Assembly (NCBI RefSeq): GCF_022045235.1
Contig: NW_027266266.1
Location: 5,084,001-5,148,000, forward strand
Reading direction: 5' to 3'
From: Haliotis cracherodii
Taxonomy: Eukaryota
Length of the DNA: 64,000 bases
Part shown: positions 1-13,300 of the stretch, in pieces
Layout of the letters: every line of letters begins with the position of its first letter
Position numbering within the stretch: position 1 is the stretch's first letter
The notes under the pieces: model-generated
Seen by the model: the letters and a program-made list of their open reading frames with translations, nothing else
What the model was told of the DNA's origin: nothing
The model's database searches: none
Made by a program: the position numbers and the translations under genes

Positions 1-1434
1 AATTACCTTATATCTCTATCAGAGTATATATCATACGTTAATTAGCGCATAGGAACAACTACATTGTGACATTTCAGTTTTGATTTGGTTGGTTGGTTTG
101 GTGTTTTACACCGCACTCAGCAATATTCCGGCTATATGACAGTGGTCTGTAAATAATCGAGTCTGGACAAGACAATCCACTGATTGTCATCATGAACATC
201 GATCCACCCATTCGGGATCACCCGATCCCATTAGTCGCCTTTTACGGCAAGCATAGGTTGCTGAAGACCTATTCTACCCCAGATCTTCACGGGTCTTTCA
301 TTTTGGAAACATATAGAAGTAAATATATTGGTAGTGATTCCGTGGCTTTTGTACAGTTGCATTATATCTCATTTTTCGACCCCAGCATTCAAATCTTTAC
401 TTTTACCCAACAAAATTTTCAAGAAAATGTTTACCTCAAAATAAATAAAAGTCTACAAACAAGAAGAATGAGATTGCAAAAAAAGCAGTCATTATTTTAG
501 ACAATTTTCGGAAATGAGTGCTATTGAAATTATAATAATTCATGATATTATATACGCTGATCACAGTATTGACAATAAATGGTTTGGGCAGTGTACTTCG
601 ATTATGCTATTATCGGCATATCTGTGGTTGTCCCTGCCCTGGACAATGCTGGAAGAAGTGGCAAATATAAAATCCTAAACATATAAATAATAAACATATG
701 TCGCCACAGTCGGGGTCTATCCATTTGTGAATATGGCTGCACCTATCTACCTATCTCCGCCTCTAAACACTGTGCACTCCCAAGCTTGTGTGTCAGTGGA
801 CAGTGCTTTGTCCAGGCAGTAGGTACATGATTCTGCTTATAAACGAAGGTGTTGACAGGGTGAAAGATTTTACAAATGGATCAAATTAGTACAGTACTTG
901 AGCAAAGACACTGTGACAATTAGATTGCCAATTTTCTGATTCTACCACATGACCACTAGGCTACTATTACATAAAGTTCCTCAAAATAGCAGACAATCGT
1001 CCAAATCTGAATCTAGCTTACTGCTGAGCCTAACATGTTAATGACTACGGAGTCTATAATATTCACTAATACACACTATGTAACGACGAATATAATAACA
1101 CTCAGGCATATTACCAACAATGACTTTTCAATCGTCAGTCCACAGGAGATTTGTCGTCTCTTTTTCTGTCGCCACTGTATATCTGGGGTCGAAGGCCTAA
1201 CAGGAACTTGTATTCACCATGTTGATTGATTGACGTCACATGAAAACGAGAGTTGTCTTTCCTTGACAACCAAACGCACCTTCTAGACTTGCCGCGGCTC
1301 TTTATTTCCTTGAATGGTGACAATTCTATCGCCGCACGCTTATCCGTCGCAATACGACTAGACGCAATATATCAGCCATTAAAGTATAAGGTTAACTTGT
1401 GTAATAATGTTCCAGCAAGTTACATCGTAAAACG

Positions 1435-1677
1435 ACCCGTGAAGATCCGGGATAGAATAGATCTTCAGCAACCCATGCTTGTCGTAAGAGGCGACTAACG
1501 GGATCAGGTGGTCAGGCTCGCTGTCTTGGTTGATACATGTCATCGATCCCAATTGTGTGGATCGATGCTCATGATATCAATCACTGGATTGTCTGGTCCA
1601 GACTTGATTATTTACAGACCGCCGTCGTAGAGCTGGAATATTGCAGAGTGCGGCGTTAACCAACAAAACCAACCAAC
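1435..1677 (+). mobile_element. SINE-like family A, full-length copy (non-tRNA head). Other copies: 86-294(-), 8255-8450(-), 16840-17069(-), 21141-21361(+, chimeric), 25927-26120(+), 26270-26472(-), 43808-44047(+), 57635-57742(+), 61616-63530(nested)
   Basis: About ten copies in both orientations, consensus ACCCGTGAAGATC...GCTTGTCGTAAGAGGCGACTAACGGG...GTCTGGTCCAGACTCGATTATTTACAGACCGCCG...GCTGGAATATTGCTGAGTGCGGCGTTAAAC plus (AACC/AAAC)n tail; 12-bp target duplication around the 21141 copy. Confidence 0.88.
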
Positions 1678-3094
1678 ATCGCAAAGAAATGCCAGGGTTG
1701 TAGAGAAAATGCTATTTGGGAAAACCGACACCAAGTAGACCGCGTACTACAGGTCTATATTTCCATGATTATGATTCGCACCTTATTGTGCTAATTGGCT
1801 CAGGCTGACGGCTGTGGCTCTCGCTTCATTGATCTCGCCTGCCGCTTCCATGTCTTCGATAAACGGGGTTAGTTGTGTGGGATGCGGTGAAATCGAAGAC
1901 ACCGCCAACTCGTCGTCACAAATTACATGACAAACCGGGAGTGAAGCCTGCGAGCACTTACATATATATGGTGGTGACAAACCAAGAATCTTAATCAGGG
2001 CGAATCTGGGATTCGAACCACTATCATATATGTGGGACGCACTACCGCACAGTGGCTTGGGGTTGTCCGCACCCCAAAGCTGATATCATCATGTCTTTGT
2101 GTGAGGATGGGGTTGAAGACGCACATTGACAACTATGGTATTAGGGAGGCTACTCTTGTCAGCCTATCTCATAAGGATTTTATTGTTGAAAAGTCAGTTG
2201 GCCACCAGAGGAAAAGAGGCTTAGTTTAGACTTTCGTTCCCACTTTTTCCTGTATACCTACAACCTTTTCTTTTGCATAAAGAAGGTATCTGTAATTGAA
2301 TAGGTTATTCGCCTAAAACTTGGGAATGGATTAGTTATAGAGTTTTCTATATTAGTAGTAAATGTCTGTATTTCTGTTTGTTTGTTAGTTTAACGCCGCA
2401 CTGTAGGCCGTTGATGCTCTGGGGGTGACTCAGGCGTGGTCGGATGGGGGCGGGATCCGATTCCAGTATGTATTCCTACACCTGGAATGTTTATCAGTCT
2501 CGTCAGTTTTGTCTGTTTGGATATATGCAACTGTTTTTTGTTAAACTATTGTAGATAAAACATGTTTTACGTTGTCGAATTTAATTTTAAGCATTTGACT
2601 GTGTAATTGTTTCAGTTCAGTGAGGTATGAATCGAAAAACCGACGCATCAAACAAGGGTCAGCACTCTTCGATGACGTCACAATGTGGCCTGCATCACAG
2701 GGAACTGATGTTAATGTGATGACCAGGATCTGGAGTATTTGGACACGTTATGGCTCTTCAGAATAACAGACTTAAAATCAAGGCATTACGTGTATACATA
2801 CACTAAAACATCCAGTGTTCTGTACATTATGTATTGCAGTTGTTCCTGAAAGAGGTAAACTTCCAACTACAACGTCAAACTAACCTGCTATTGAAATGGA
2901 TATAAAATATGTCACGTGTAAATAATTCTCCATTGAATTCCTCAAGTAAAACCAATATAACAGTTAAGGGAATTAGCGATAGGCACTGACAAATCTCTGG
3001 CAACTGAAAATAACCCGAAAAGATCACAATGTCAGAAACAAGAATCCACCACATGAATAATTTAAACATAATGCATTAATTATCTACCCCTAAC

Positions 3095-3595
3095 CAATCT
3101 CATGAAAATCAGATCTTAGTTCTCGCTACCGCTAAACAAAGATCTGAGGACATCCCATTAGGGGTCACGTCAGATCGACCTTTCATCCGACCAATCAGAG
3201 CGTCGCTTACCAGATCATGAATGTGACAGTCGGAATGTGATTTCTAATCATGCAGCCTCGAAAACGTTAAAACGGGGTATACCGAACGATAGTTACGGGC
3301 TTCACGGCTGTATCTATACAATCTAGACCATATATTAGCCATTCTAGAACTTTTTTTGTTCAGGTGTCAAATTTTTAAGCGAGAATTTGTCAAAATATGT
3401 TTCGAAGCGTAGTCGCCAATTCGAAATTAGTGCCGTAAAGCACGAGAAAGCTGCCTTCTGATTGGCTAATGTCGACAGTAATTCCATTGGTTGATCAGAG
3501 TTTGCGAAAGGTCGGTCTGACGTGACCAATAATGGGATGTCCTCAGATGTTTGTTTAGCGGCAGCGAGAACTAAGATCTGATTTTAATGAGATTG
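3095..3595. mobile_element. MITE with long TIRs; second partial copy at 15407-15790
   Basis: CAATCTCATGAAAATCAGATCTTAGTTCTCGCT...GAGGACATCCCATTA mirrored at 3530-3595; internal sequence recurs inverted at 15407. Confidence 0.85.
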
Positions 3596-4419
3596 ACCGG
3601 TAACTGAATAAAAACTGTCGAAACACATCCTTCAACAAGTGCACTCACTTCCTGTCCAGCCATTTTGTTGTGAAAAGCGCTTTCATACAACAAATTATAC
3701 CTATATCAGTTGAGTGTATGGTATAGCTGACACGAAGACTCAATTCTCATGTCAGTTCATCATCACACAGACACGACAACTGATATCGATGTTAACTGTC
3801 TGTCATTCATTCCTTCATTCATTCCTTAATTCCTTCCTTCCTTCATTCATTCACAGGGAACGTAATGTTACAAATACCTACAAGACACTTAAATCCTTAT
3901 AAGAAGAAAGTATAGCTGTCAAAATACTATACAAAATCAGAAATACGCGTATTTATGGGTTAAAATAAATTTATTGGTGAGTATGATGTGCATGCAAATA
4001 TAAGATAAAAATAAGAAGCACAAATGACCAAAGTTATTGGGATGGGTAAAAATGCACGATAGATATTGTTCTAATCTGCTCAAAAGTAACCGTTCTGACA
4101 CGCGTAACAGAGATGGATATTGGCGGTGAATATCGTTCTAGTCAAGTGAAGGAAACAATGCTGTGACACATCAAATACAGTCCTCGGTAACATATACATA
4201 CTTTTCCAAACGGTTTTGACACATACATCAGTGATGGAGAGGTATTGATAACTTAAAAGTTAAGTTTGCAAAATGGAAGTAATTCAAAACCCATTTTGTT
4301 TGACTGATGTTGTTTCTTAGCAGTTGTTGCATATAAACCCATCACACCAGTTACAACGTATAAACCAAGAACGAAAATGGGTACCCGGATGTGCATCCCA
4401 GTTCCACTTTAAAATGGGT

Positions 4420-5970
4420 TGTAATAAAAACTAAGTGGAGAAAAATAAATAGAACCTGCAAATATAAAAAAGATGATATACAAAAATGTTACGCAAAATT
4501 GGTGACTTGCTAAATGTTGAACAAGACGCTCTCAATAAAATATATAAATTGTCAGCGCAAGATAATAACCCATTTAGATTATCAGCCCAAACAGATTCCA
4601 TTTAAGCTTTTGGGAATTGAATTTGATGCAGACTCAGATGAAATGACTCAACTTAATTATCAAGAAAATCCGAAAAGATAAGAAGAGAAATGAACATCGG
4701 GGACAAATGTTGTACTGAAATCATTATTATTATTATCAAAACTTTCAAAAACAAATTCTTCAATTCCAAGCCGACCAGAACAACTAAAGTTCAAATATAA
4801 ACAGATGCTATAAATTTATCTGGAAAGGAAAAAGTGGTAAAATTAAAAGAAACACTGTGCATTTAACACCTGGATATGGAGGTGTTAGTGTTCCAAATGT
4901 TAAACATATATTCAACAAAAACCTTACATGGATAGACAGAATATTCATAATACATGGCGGATTCATAATACACGGCTGAAATTATTGTACTTAATATTTT
5001 AAACAAATTTTAGCAAGATGTATTTAATAGGTGGTCATGCTATTTGGAAAAAAGCATGGTAATACAAAAAAACTAGGCAGAATTAATAAACCAGTCAATA
5101 TGGTACAACAATAACATTACCGTGGATAATAAAACCACAACATAACATGATTTACATTATTGGGAAAAAAGGAAGTAAGATGTTTTACCAATCACTACGT
5201 AACACATGTTTTGTTAAAATTCAAGACCAAGACATGTGGGAAAAATAATGGGTAAGAAATATGAAGAAACTGAATGGATGAATGTTAATCTTAATTCACA
5301 TAGATACACTACAAGGGTAAAAANNNNNNNNNNNNNNNNNNNNNNNNNNNNNNNNNNNNNNNNNNNNNNNNNNNNNNNNNNNNNNNNNNNNNNNNNNNNN
5401 NNNNNNNNNNNNNNNNNNNNNNNNNNNNNNNNNNNNNNNNNNNNNNNNNNNNNNNNNNNNNNNNNNNNNNNNNNNNNAAAAATAATTAAAAAATACAAAA
5501 TATCATAACAGCAAATGTGTTCTTATACAAGATAAAAATATATCGACTCTCCATCCTGCACGTTTTGCAAAGGTACAGATGAAACAATAATAATCTATTA
5601 TGTGAATGCAAATATGTTGAAAAAATATGGAAAGATATGTCAGTATGGCTATATACCGTTAGTGAAGGAAAAATAATGTTGACTCAGGAAAATATAATAT
5701 TTGGCTTTAAAGGTAAACATAATAATCCTTTGAATACTACAGTTTGGAGAGGAAAACAATTTATATACAATATGAGTAGAAAAAAGAAAAGACAACTCTT
5801 AAGACAAATTCAAAGAGAAATTTCAGAATTCTATTCAATAACAGAAAAAAGATCCTTTGTAAACTGCAACCAAGTCAGTTTTGTTTCATATTGGTCATCT
5901 TTCCATACTCTGTTTGCAAATACAAAAGATGAGGACAGTTTCTCCAAACTGATTTTCTTGGGATTTTAGT
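4420..5970 (+). mobile_element. Degenerate 3' part of an L1/Tx1-like LINE ORF2 (spans an assembly gap)
   Basis: A-rich strand with remnants FKLLGIEF, YKFIWKGK, GGVSVPN, IWYNNNI, ANVFLYKIKI and zinc-finger-like CTFCKGTDETI...CEC. Confidence 0.65.
5324..5477. other. Assembly gap
   Basis: Run of N. Confidence 1.
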
Positions 5971-6332
5971 GAAGTTTTCGTATTCTCGGTACATTTTTAA
6001 AAAATTATGTATAACATTTGAATATCTTCAAAAGTCCGGCTAAATAAATGTTATTAACATCATCTCTCAAAAAGAAAATCGACCAATATTCTAACAAACC
6101 TGCATGTGTATATAAACACTATTGGTATGTTGGTATGAATACCCTCTGATCTACATGAAAATGCTGATGGTGGTATGAATACTCTGCGATGTATATGACA
6201 TAAGTACTGTATATGTACATATATACGGGAAATAAAAAAGAAGAAGAAGAAGTAAACCAAAAATAATATGAAAAAAAGAAGAAAAAGATTCCATTAGGCG
6301 TAAAGTGCAAAATAGCTGTGAAAATTATATCA

Positions 6333-6420
6333 ATGGATCACTGAAGACCAGTGATGACACCAGGTGTTCGCGAAAGGGTCAGCATGTCCTGCCCCACCGG
6401 TTTCACCCACCATTCATACA
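6333..6420. repeat. Dispersed repeat, probably the 3' part of the Penelope-like element (also ~6575-6690, 8470-8560, 18185-18280, 21618-21670, 27490-27600, 32115-32150, 34131-34175, 63655-63710)
   Basis: Shared GGATCACTGAAGACCAGTGATGACACCAGGTGTTCGCGAAA...CATGTCCTGCCCCACC; one copy directly follows the Penelope-like RT end at ~8220. Confidence 0.6.
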
Positions 6421-7639
6421 GTTTGCGTGAAAAGAAAGTAATTATTGACGCTGCACAGCTGTAAACCTACTAGTAGTCGTAAGGCAATGAATTACAGCCA
6501 GTTGAATGAAAAGAAAACTCAATTAGTTAAACTGAAAATAACTTTTTCGGAATTGTCACTGATTTTAGCGTGAAGCGCTCACCTTGTCGCGAACACCTGG
6601 TATCATCACTATTTGATAGTGATATGTAAACACATGCTCATGACATAGTCGGAATCGTACAATGGACTCCGCTTTTAGCAGGGATTTCTATTTAAAATGG
6701 AAAGAGTTTTGTCGCTTTTATTTAACTGGCATTGATGAGATGATTTAATGGGAAGACACAATTCTTGGTGCTTTGTTTGTGGTGACGTTTCACGGTTACT
6801 TCTTACCCATCATCATGTGCATTCTTGAATGGACAAGAATTAGCCTTGAAACGCCCTAAGGGAAATAAAGGATTTCTTATCCATAAAAGGTTAGCTATCC
6901 TCAGCATAGTCTCTGTACCGCCAAGTAGATTCATCATGTTACATGCATGTTTACTGTGTATTCCACAGTTTCGTGGACTTTATAATGTTGCACCAAATAT
7001 GCTCGTTTTGATTTACAATTCCTTCTCATCTATTACATTATGTCACACAAATTATGTTATTTGTATCGTTGACGACGTTTGGATCAGTATGTTGCATATT
7101 AGCGCGTAATGTTGTGGTTTCATATAAACTTTCCCTACAGTAATCGACCAAAGATCCGTCCAATTGATATTCGGGGTCGGGGGTTGATGTGTGTTTAGGG
7201 AGTGGGGTATCTGACTTGGTTTGGATATGTGACGTGGTCTGTTTATAACAACAGCAATAGGAGTAAAAAACAGCAACAATGACAACTGAGGCAAGAACAA
7301 AACAATTAATTAATATAGAAATTAAGCAAGATTAGATGGTAACACATGGGTGTTTTTATGATACAAAGCATAAATTCGCATACACGGGTTAAATAATCAC
7401 AAACGTAAAGGGAACAATGTAGTTGGACCCAGTGTGACAACGGTAGCACTCAAGTATCGTAATTCCTATACTTTAACACAGACTTACGACTGTCGGTCTG
7501 TGAAACGGTACCTGGACGCACGAGCATGAAATGGCATCAGTGTTTTCCACTTGTGACAGTGAATTCGAATAACTTTTGTAGCCCCTAAATCGTGTTTCAT
7601 GCGCATGGGGTATATTTAAACACTTAAATTCCACACAAA

Positions 7640-8255
7640 TCCTCACAATGAGATATAAGAGTTGCTAGGTCCAGCAAATGTACCACCAAATCTCTGTCTC
7701 AAAGATTAACTACTATTGTTCATACAATTAAGCAAGGTCTTTCTATATTTTCAAAGAAAATGTTTGATACAAATAAATCAATACCATGTTAATTTTCGTA
7801 ATTCTTTGCAATCTCAGAAAAGACACCAGTGCAATTCTGTTAAAATATTAGATTTTTCACCACTAGTGACAAAAAGACTCTCAACAAGACTGTCTGTCGA
7901 GACGGAGGACTTCATGCCGAGCAATATTCCAGCAGCTCTAGCCTTTGTCTACATTTGACAACTTTTGAAGAACAGTCGACTATACTGTTTCTATGGTGAT
8001 TTAAGAAAGCGCCATACAACTCTTGCACAAGAGATGTGTAACCAGGGTTACAACATTCAAGGACCCAGAAAAACCTTCAAAACGTTTTATGGAGGACATT
8101 TCGTATCAGTATCACAAATTATGTCTGAATAAATTCCCTATTTTGACTTGTACCATATATACCTGTGTTTTTTAAGGTGAACAATTGACTTGCCCTTGCA
8201 TGTGTTTGTTATGTATGCCCCTGGTGGGGCAGCTCACCTTTTCGCCAACACTATG
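7640..8255 (+). mobile_element. Penelope-like retroelement RT fragment
   Basis: RY-VARSSKCTTKSLSQ at ~7650, homologous to 51700; C-terminal NQGYNIQGPRKTFKTFYGGH. Confidence 0.55.
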
Positions 8256-10308
8256 TTTGTTTATTGTTTAACGCCGCACTCCAGTATTTCAGCTATATGC
8301 CGGCGGTAGAAATAATCGAATCTGGACCAAACAATCCAGTGATTGACATCATGAGCATCGATCTACAAATGAGGATACGATGATATACATGAACAAGGTC
8401 AGCGAGCCTGACCAGTCGATCCCGTTCGTCACCTCTAACGACAAGCATAGTCGCATCCTGAGATAAGAAATGGGTCACCTGATACAATCACTAATTGATA
8501 GTGATTCCTATTAAACTCGAAATCGTACAATGGACTTTGCTTTTAGCAGAGAATTCCTCTGAATATGGCGCATTTATTATGTGTACTTCATGCTTATTAC
8601 ACACAAATCACACTTTGTGTTGCACTCGCACGCAGGATATCTGCACAACAGTCTACGGTATATAAATGGTAGCATTCTGTTGACAACACGTTACACAATT
8701 GTATTTTCAACATTACATTGCATGCATAATTCTACAAAGATAATGAAGTTTCATTGATACGAACTGATAACATCTTCCAACAATCGTGTGTTATTTAACT
8801 TAAGATATCTTCAACATCAAACTAATTTTCCTACACAGTACATTATAGTTTGTAGCAGTTTGTGCCCACTGATTACGTTTTGGAAATAATCTTTCAGAAA
8901 ATGAATATCATTTTTACTAGAATGTGAAGCTTATTCAGTGCTTTGAAATAAATATCTAAATGCTCAATATAATGTTATCCCTTAGCATAAAAATATTGAG
9001 GTATTGTCATCATGTAAATATATCAGCAGCTTTGTCACAATTATTGTATTTCACTTTTAAATGCCACTTTGCAATGCATAAATGACATACATGGCATTAA
9101 CATCCATTGTTATTTATCATAATTTGGTATGGAATTTTTAATAGTGCAATCAACCTTATATATATGTAACTTTTCTTCAAATGCACTACTTTGTACAAAC
9201 TATTGTGTATATGTGTTCATTGGGCCAATTGCCTGAAACCTCATGAATAATCTAATCACATACAGTACAATGTTGTGAAAGGTCTAATTCAAGTTAGTAG
9301 CTCACTCATTATAAAGCCTATTCCCACCTCTTATCACTTTGTCTGCTTCTGATAAGTCGAATGGGATGCATCGCATGTTTGGTTAACTTCACATGAAGGT
9401 TCAGTGTGATTTATCCCAAAGGATAAAAAGGTATATGTCAACTGGGGATGTATGGACATTTCAGGATACATATGCAAATATATAAGGTCAGGTAGGTACT
9501 ACTTCATTGTTTACAAACAAATATGGTGTCGCCCTGGTCTATTGGTGGTCGAGTCATAATTGACGATCGGACAAATTACTGGAACAATTGTTATCGTTAT
9601 CAACCGTGTCTGAAAAGGAGTAGATGAGGCCTTTCAACAGTGAAGGCAGCTTTGGATTATAAATCGTGAAGAAATTTGGCAAGGCAGATATAGCGGGATC
9701 AGTTTCCATATCTGTGCTTTACCCTTTATGGTTTCTCGCTGTTTGGGAAATCTGACTTCATTTTGTAATCCTGTTACAAAACGTTAAAACGCGAGCCAGA
9801 CTAGAGTAGCTTCCCTTTTGTGACTCTGTCTGTTTAGTTCCCAAATTACAACGTTTATTCCCAATACAGCACATTGACTATCGCAAAACACTTTTGAGTG
9901 ATAACCTCTATCTGTTAATAATAGTTGTTTTTGAGTGAGTCAGTGAGTATGGTTTTACGCCGCATTTAGCAATATTCCATCAATATCACGGCGGAGGACA
10001 CCAGAAGTTGGTTTCGACAATGTTCTATGTTTCGAAAGTTACAATATAGATAGTCATATGTAACCACTTAAACTGTTATATTTTGGTAATATCATCTTGA
10101 TAAGAAATTTTCAGAACTTATTGACACAATGTAAGGGGGCCCTTACTGTGAAGACTTCGTGCGAGGGTACTACTAGTATATGTGAAACTCATTCTTGCTT
10201 CCCAACGCCATAATATGTCTGCAAGAACGCCAACATCGGCGTAAAACCCAACTTACGCACTATTGTGATTCATGAACGTTCAACAGGATAGAGTATCACT
10301 GGTCGGCA

Positions 10309-13300
10309 TTACATATGAAGGTCTTCTAGTGTTTCATACACGGGCCCACATACATCATCTTCCTCAGGTGTATTCTGGGAGATGTTGTGAACCATGTCTC
10401 TTCGCGCAGCAGGCAATCTGGTATAGTTGTCCATTTCAGTAGCATGGTTGGCCACGCCAGACAGTTCCTGATTTGGGGGTGTTCTTCGCTGCCCATACTT
10501 TATGCAATGACAGACGATCCTAAAAGTAAATATTGACATTACGTATAACTGCATCTCTAATGCATGCTTTCTGAACTGCCATGTTACTTTACCTTACGAT
10601 ATCCTTTCTGCCACCTTTTCTTCAATGGTACGCTATGTGAAGTAGGCGTATGCTATCCTTTGTAACTAGCAGATTTGAACTAAGGCACATGAGGGGGGTT
10701 ATGTAATACAGGGATGGGTGGGATGAAGATTCAGCCTGATTGTGGTCACCGGTTTATAAGCACGATACCCATGCTCATATTAATTACCAGTTTGGTATAA
10801 GACTTCGGCGAATACTCAATATTTTGACTACACTGTGTAGCCGAGATACACTTTAGAGAAGAATACCTACCAGACAAGCGACGTCAGCACGATGGAGGCG
10901 ACAGAGGCGATGATTGTGTACATGAAGTGAATTTGTGTTGAATCTGAAAATGTTAACCATGTTGTTAAATATACTAAATAATAGTGCGTATGACATTACA
11001 TTCCTGAAGTTTATATATTTCAGCAGTAAGTAACTTGATTACGATTTAAATTAAATTATTCAAACCAAGTTTCTTTTGTTCATAGCAGTCGATAATTTGC
11101 TGCAGCATTTGCCATACAGCTGATCAAAACTGGCAGTATTCTGACATTACATATTGACAGTAGTCTGGCATGAGTGAGTGTGTTGGGTTTTACGCCGCTT
11201 TTAACAGTATTCCAGTTATATCACGGCGTGTCAGCTTAATGTGGGAGGAAAGCCCCAAGTGATGCAGGTCTCAGACGTTTACCACTTCGGTGAAACCCAC
11301 GAGCACGGGTATGGTGCTGACAATCCTAGAAACATAATCGGGGCGAACCGGGATTCGAACCCACACTCATAGGTTTCTGGCGTGCCCAAGGGACGCAACT
11401 CTGCACAGCGAATCGCGTCGCCTTAGAGGACTGGGCCACCCGTGCCCCCTATTCTGGCATGACCAGGTTAGTTACATACTATATGTACTAACATTATTGT
11501 GACTGGCCATAGCAATTATATATTGTATGTACTGGTAGTGATGTGACATGATCATGGTAGACATAGATAACGTATGCTGACAGTATTCGGGCATTATAAG
11601 TAACTGTTCCACATTCAACCCACCTTTCACTACAAATAGGTCACATTGTTTCACGTCTACAGTTTCGTGTCTCTCTCGATTACACTGGGCGTAACACTCG
11701 TCTTCCTTCTGCCCCACACGACAACAGAGGGATCGTTGTCTCGTTACTTCTCCGTTCTCGGAACCATTACAAAGTCCCCATGGTTCCCACATCGCCCAGG
11801 TGCATTTGGAACAATTGTCATGTGTTGCCTCTGAAATGAAATTAGCTTTGATTTATTAAAAACAACCATGATGCGATGAAGATTTGATAAGAATATTATT
11901 ATTGTCGCTTCTTCGTGTTCAGATATACTACCAAGTTAATTATAGTCAGATATACTTAAAGTACCCCACTGTTATCAATTACCCTTTTCTGTTATATAAG
12001 CGTTTGAGTCGCTGTGGGCCAAATATATTTTGTATCCCAGTTCACACTTCGCGATCAACAGAAACACATGGAAAGATAGAGAAGCATCCTACCATCAGAG
12101 CAGCAGGATCCAGAGTAGCCTCGTCCAGAGTCACAGATGCTGCTTGAGAAACTGCCGTTGTTGAAACAAACTTCATTGCAGCTCTCGGACTCAACTGTGT
12201 CATTCTCAGACAGGCTGCAGTCGTACAGGCAGTCCTTAACGGTTTGTCCTTCACAGCAGCAGGGTGACCGTGACCTTGTCCTTTGACCTCCTCCACATGT
12301 CTGGCTACAGCTGCTCCATGGCTGCCACGCGTTCCAGGAACAAAGGGGGCAAGTCCGAGTCCTGTCTAAATGGATGTTGTAATAATTGCAGTGAAAATAT
12401 TTTTTTCAACGTTCTGTTCAATTTGCCAAGCTTAGGTGAAATTCATTTTTCTCTGTTCATCAGTTCTAAAAAAACATTTATTATAAAAACACTTATGTCA
12501 CTATTGTGTTTCATACTTGAACCAGCCTAGGTCAGTCAATAGAACGCAAAGTCACCTAACTCTCTTCATCCGGCGAATGGATTACAGGAACTATATTTGC
12601 ACTACGTGATATGAAACCGTTTGACACCAGCCACAGATATAGAGGTTATCACGCGAGCTGAATACATCGTGTTTATTCCTAATACAGGATAGTTACCACC
12701 CCCAAACACACAAGCGTGATAACCACTTTAACATATAATGTCATTCTTTAATTCTGTTCTTGAAAATCGCTTTCCCTCTCACAAACATTACCTAAACATT
12801 GCGAGTTTTCCTGGAATGCGCCAAATCCAAGTATTTTAATTTGTGGAAAAGATTTCAAGCTGCACAGATATCGCTACTGATCCCGCTGATGCCCTCGCAA
12901 AACTGTTTCGAAATTTATGTCTCCAAAGTTGCCAAAACCTATTAAATGTCTTAGCTACGTCACAGTTAGACACTGATTTTAAGTATATTAGACTGTTCAT
13001 TTGATAATGATAGCAATTATCCCTGTAGTTTATCCAGATTCCCGATGGTTAATTCTGACTCGATTGCCGAATGACAAGGGCGACACCATGTTTGTTTATA
13101 AACAGTGAAAGTAGTCCCTACTTGAGCTTTGATATTTGCATCTCTATCCGCATATGACCCCAACAGATATCGTTTTTTATCCGTTGGCTTTATCCTGCCG
13201 AGACACCTACCCATTATATGATAAAATAAAGATATGACTCAATCCTGTTCTGTTGAGATTGTGTTCATGTCATACATCATGTCAAACCTTTATTAATTTT

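Noticed and set aside
6338-6376. Hammerhead ribozyme in the Penelope-associated repeat (CTGAAGA...GAAA)
   Set aside because: No closing pair for stem II next to the core and no stem I/III with an NUH site; the CTGAAGA is not conserved in other copies (CTGAAAA at 18194 and 34140).
10320-10345. Canonical ITIM or ITAM in the receptor tail
   Set aside because: The -2 residues are P and D rather than I/V/L/S, and the two YxxL motifs are too far apart for an ITAM; reported only as YxxL or hemITAM-like.
12042-12296. 84-aa ORF MEEVKGQ...
   Set aside because: Alternative frame over the real TSP1 exon 12365-12093.
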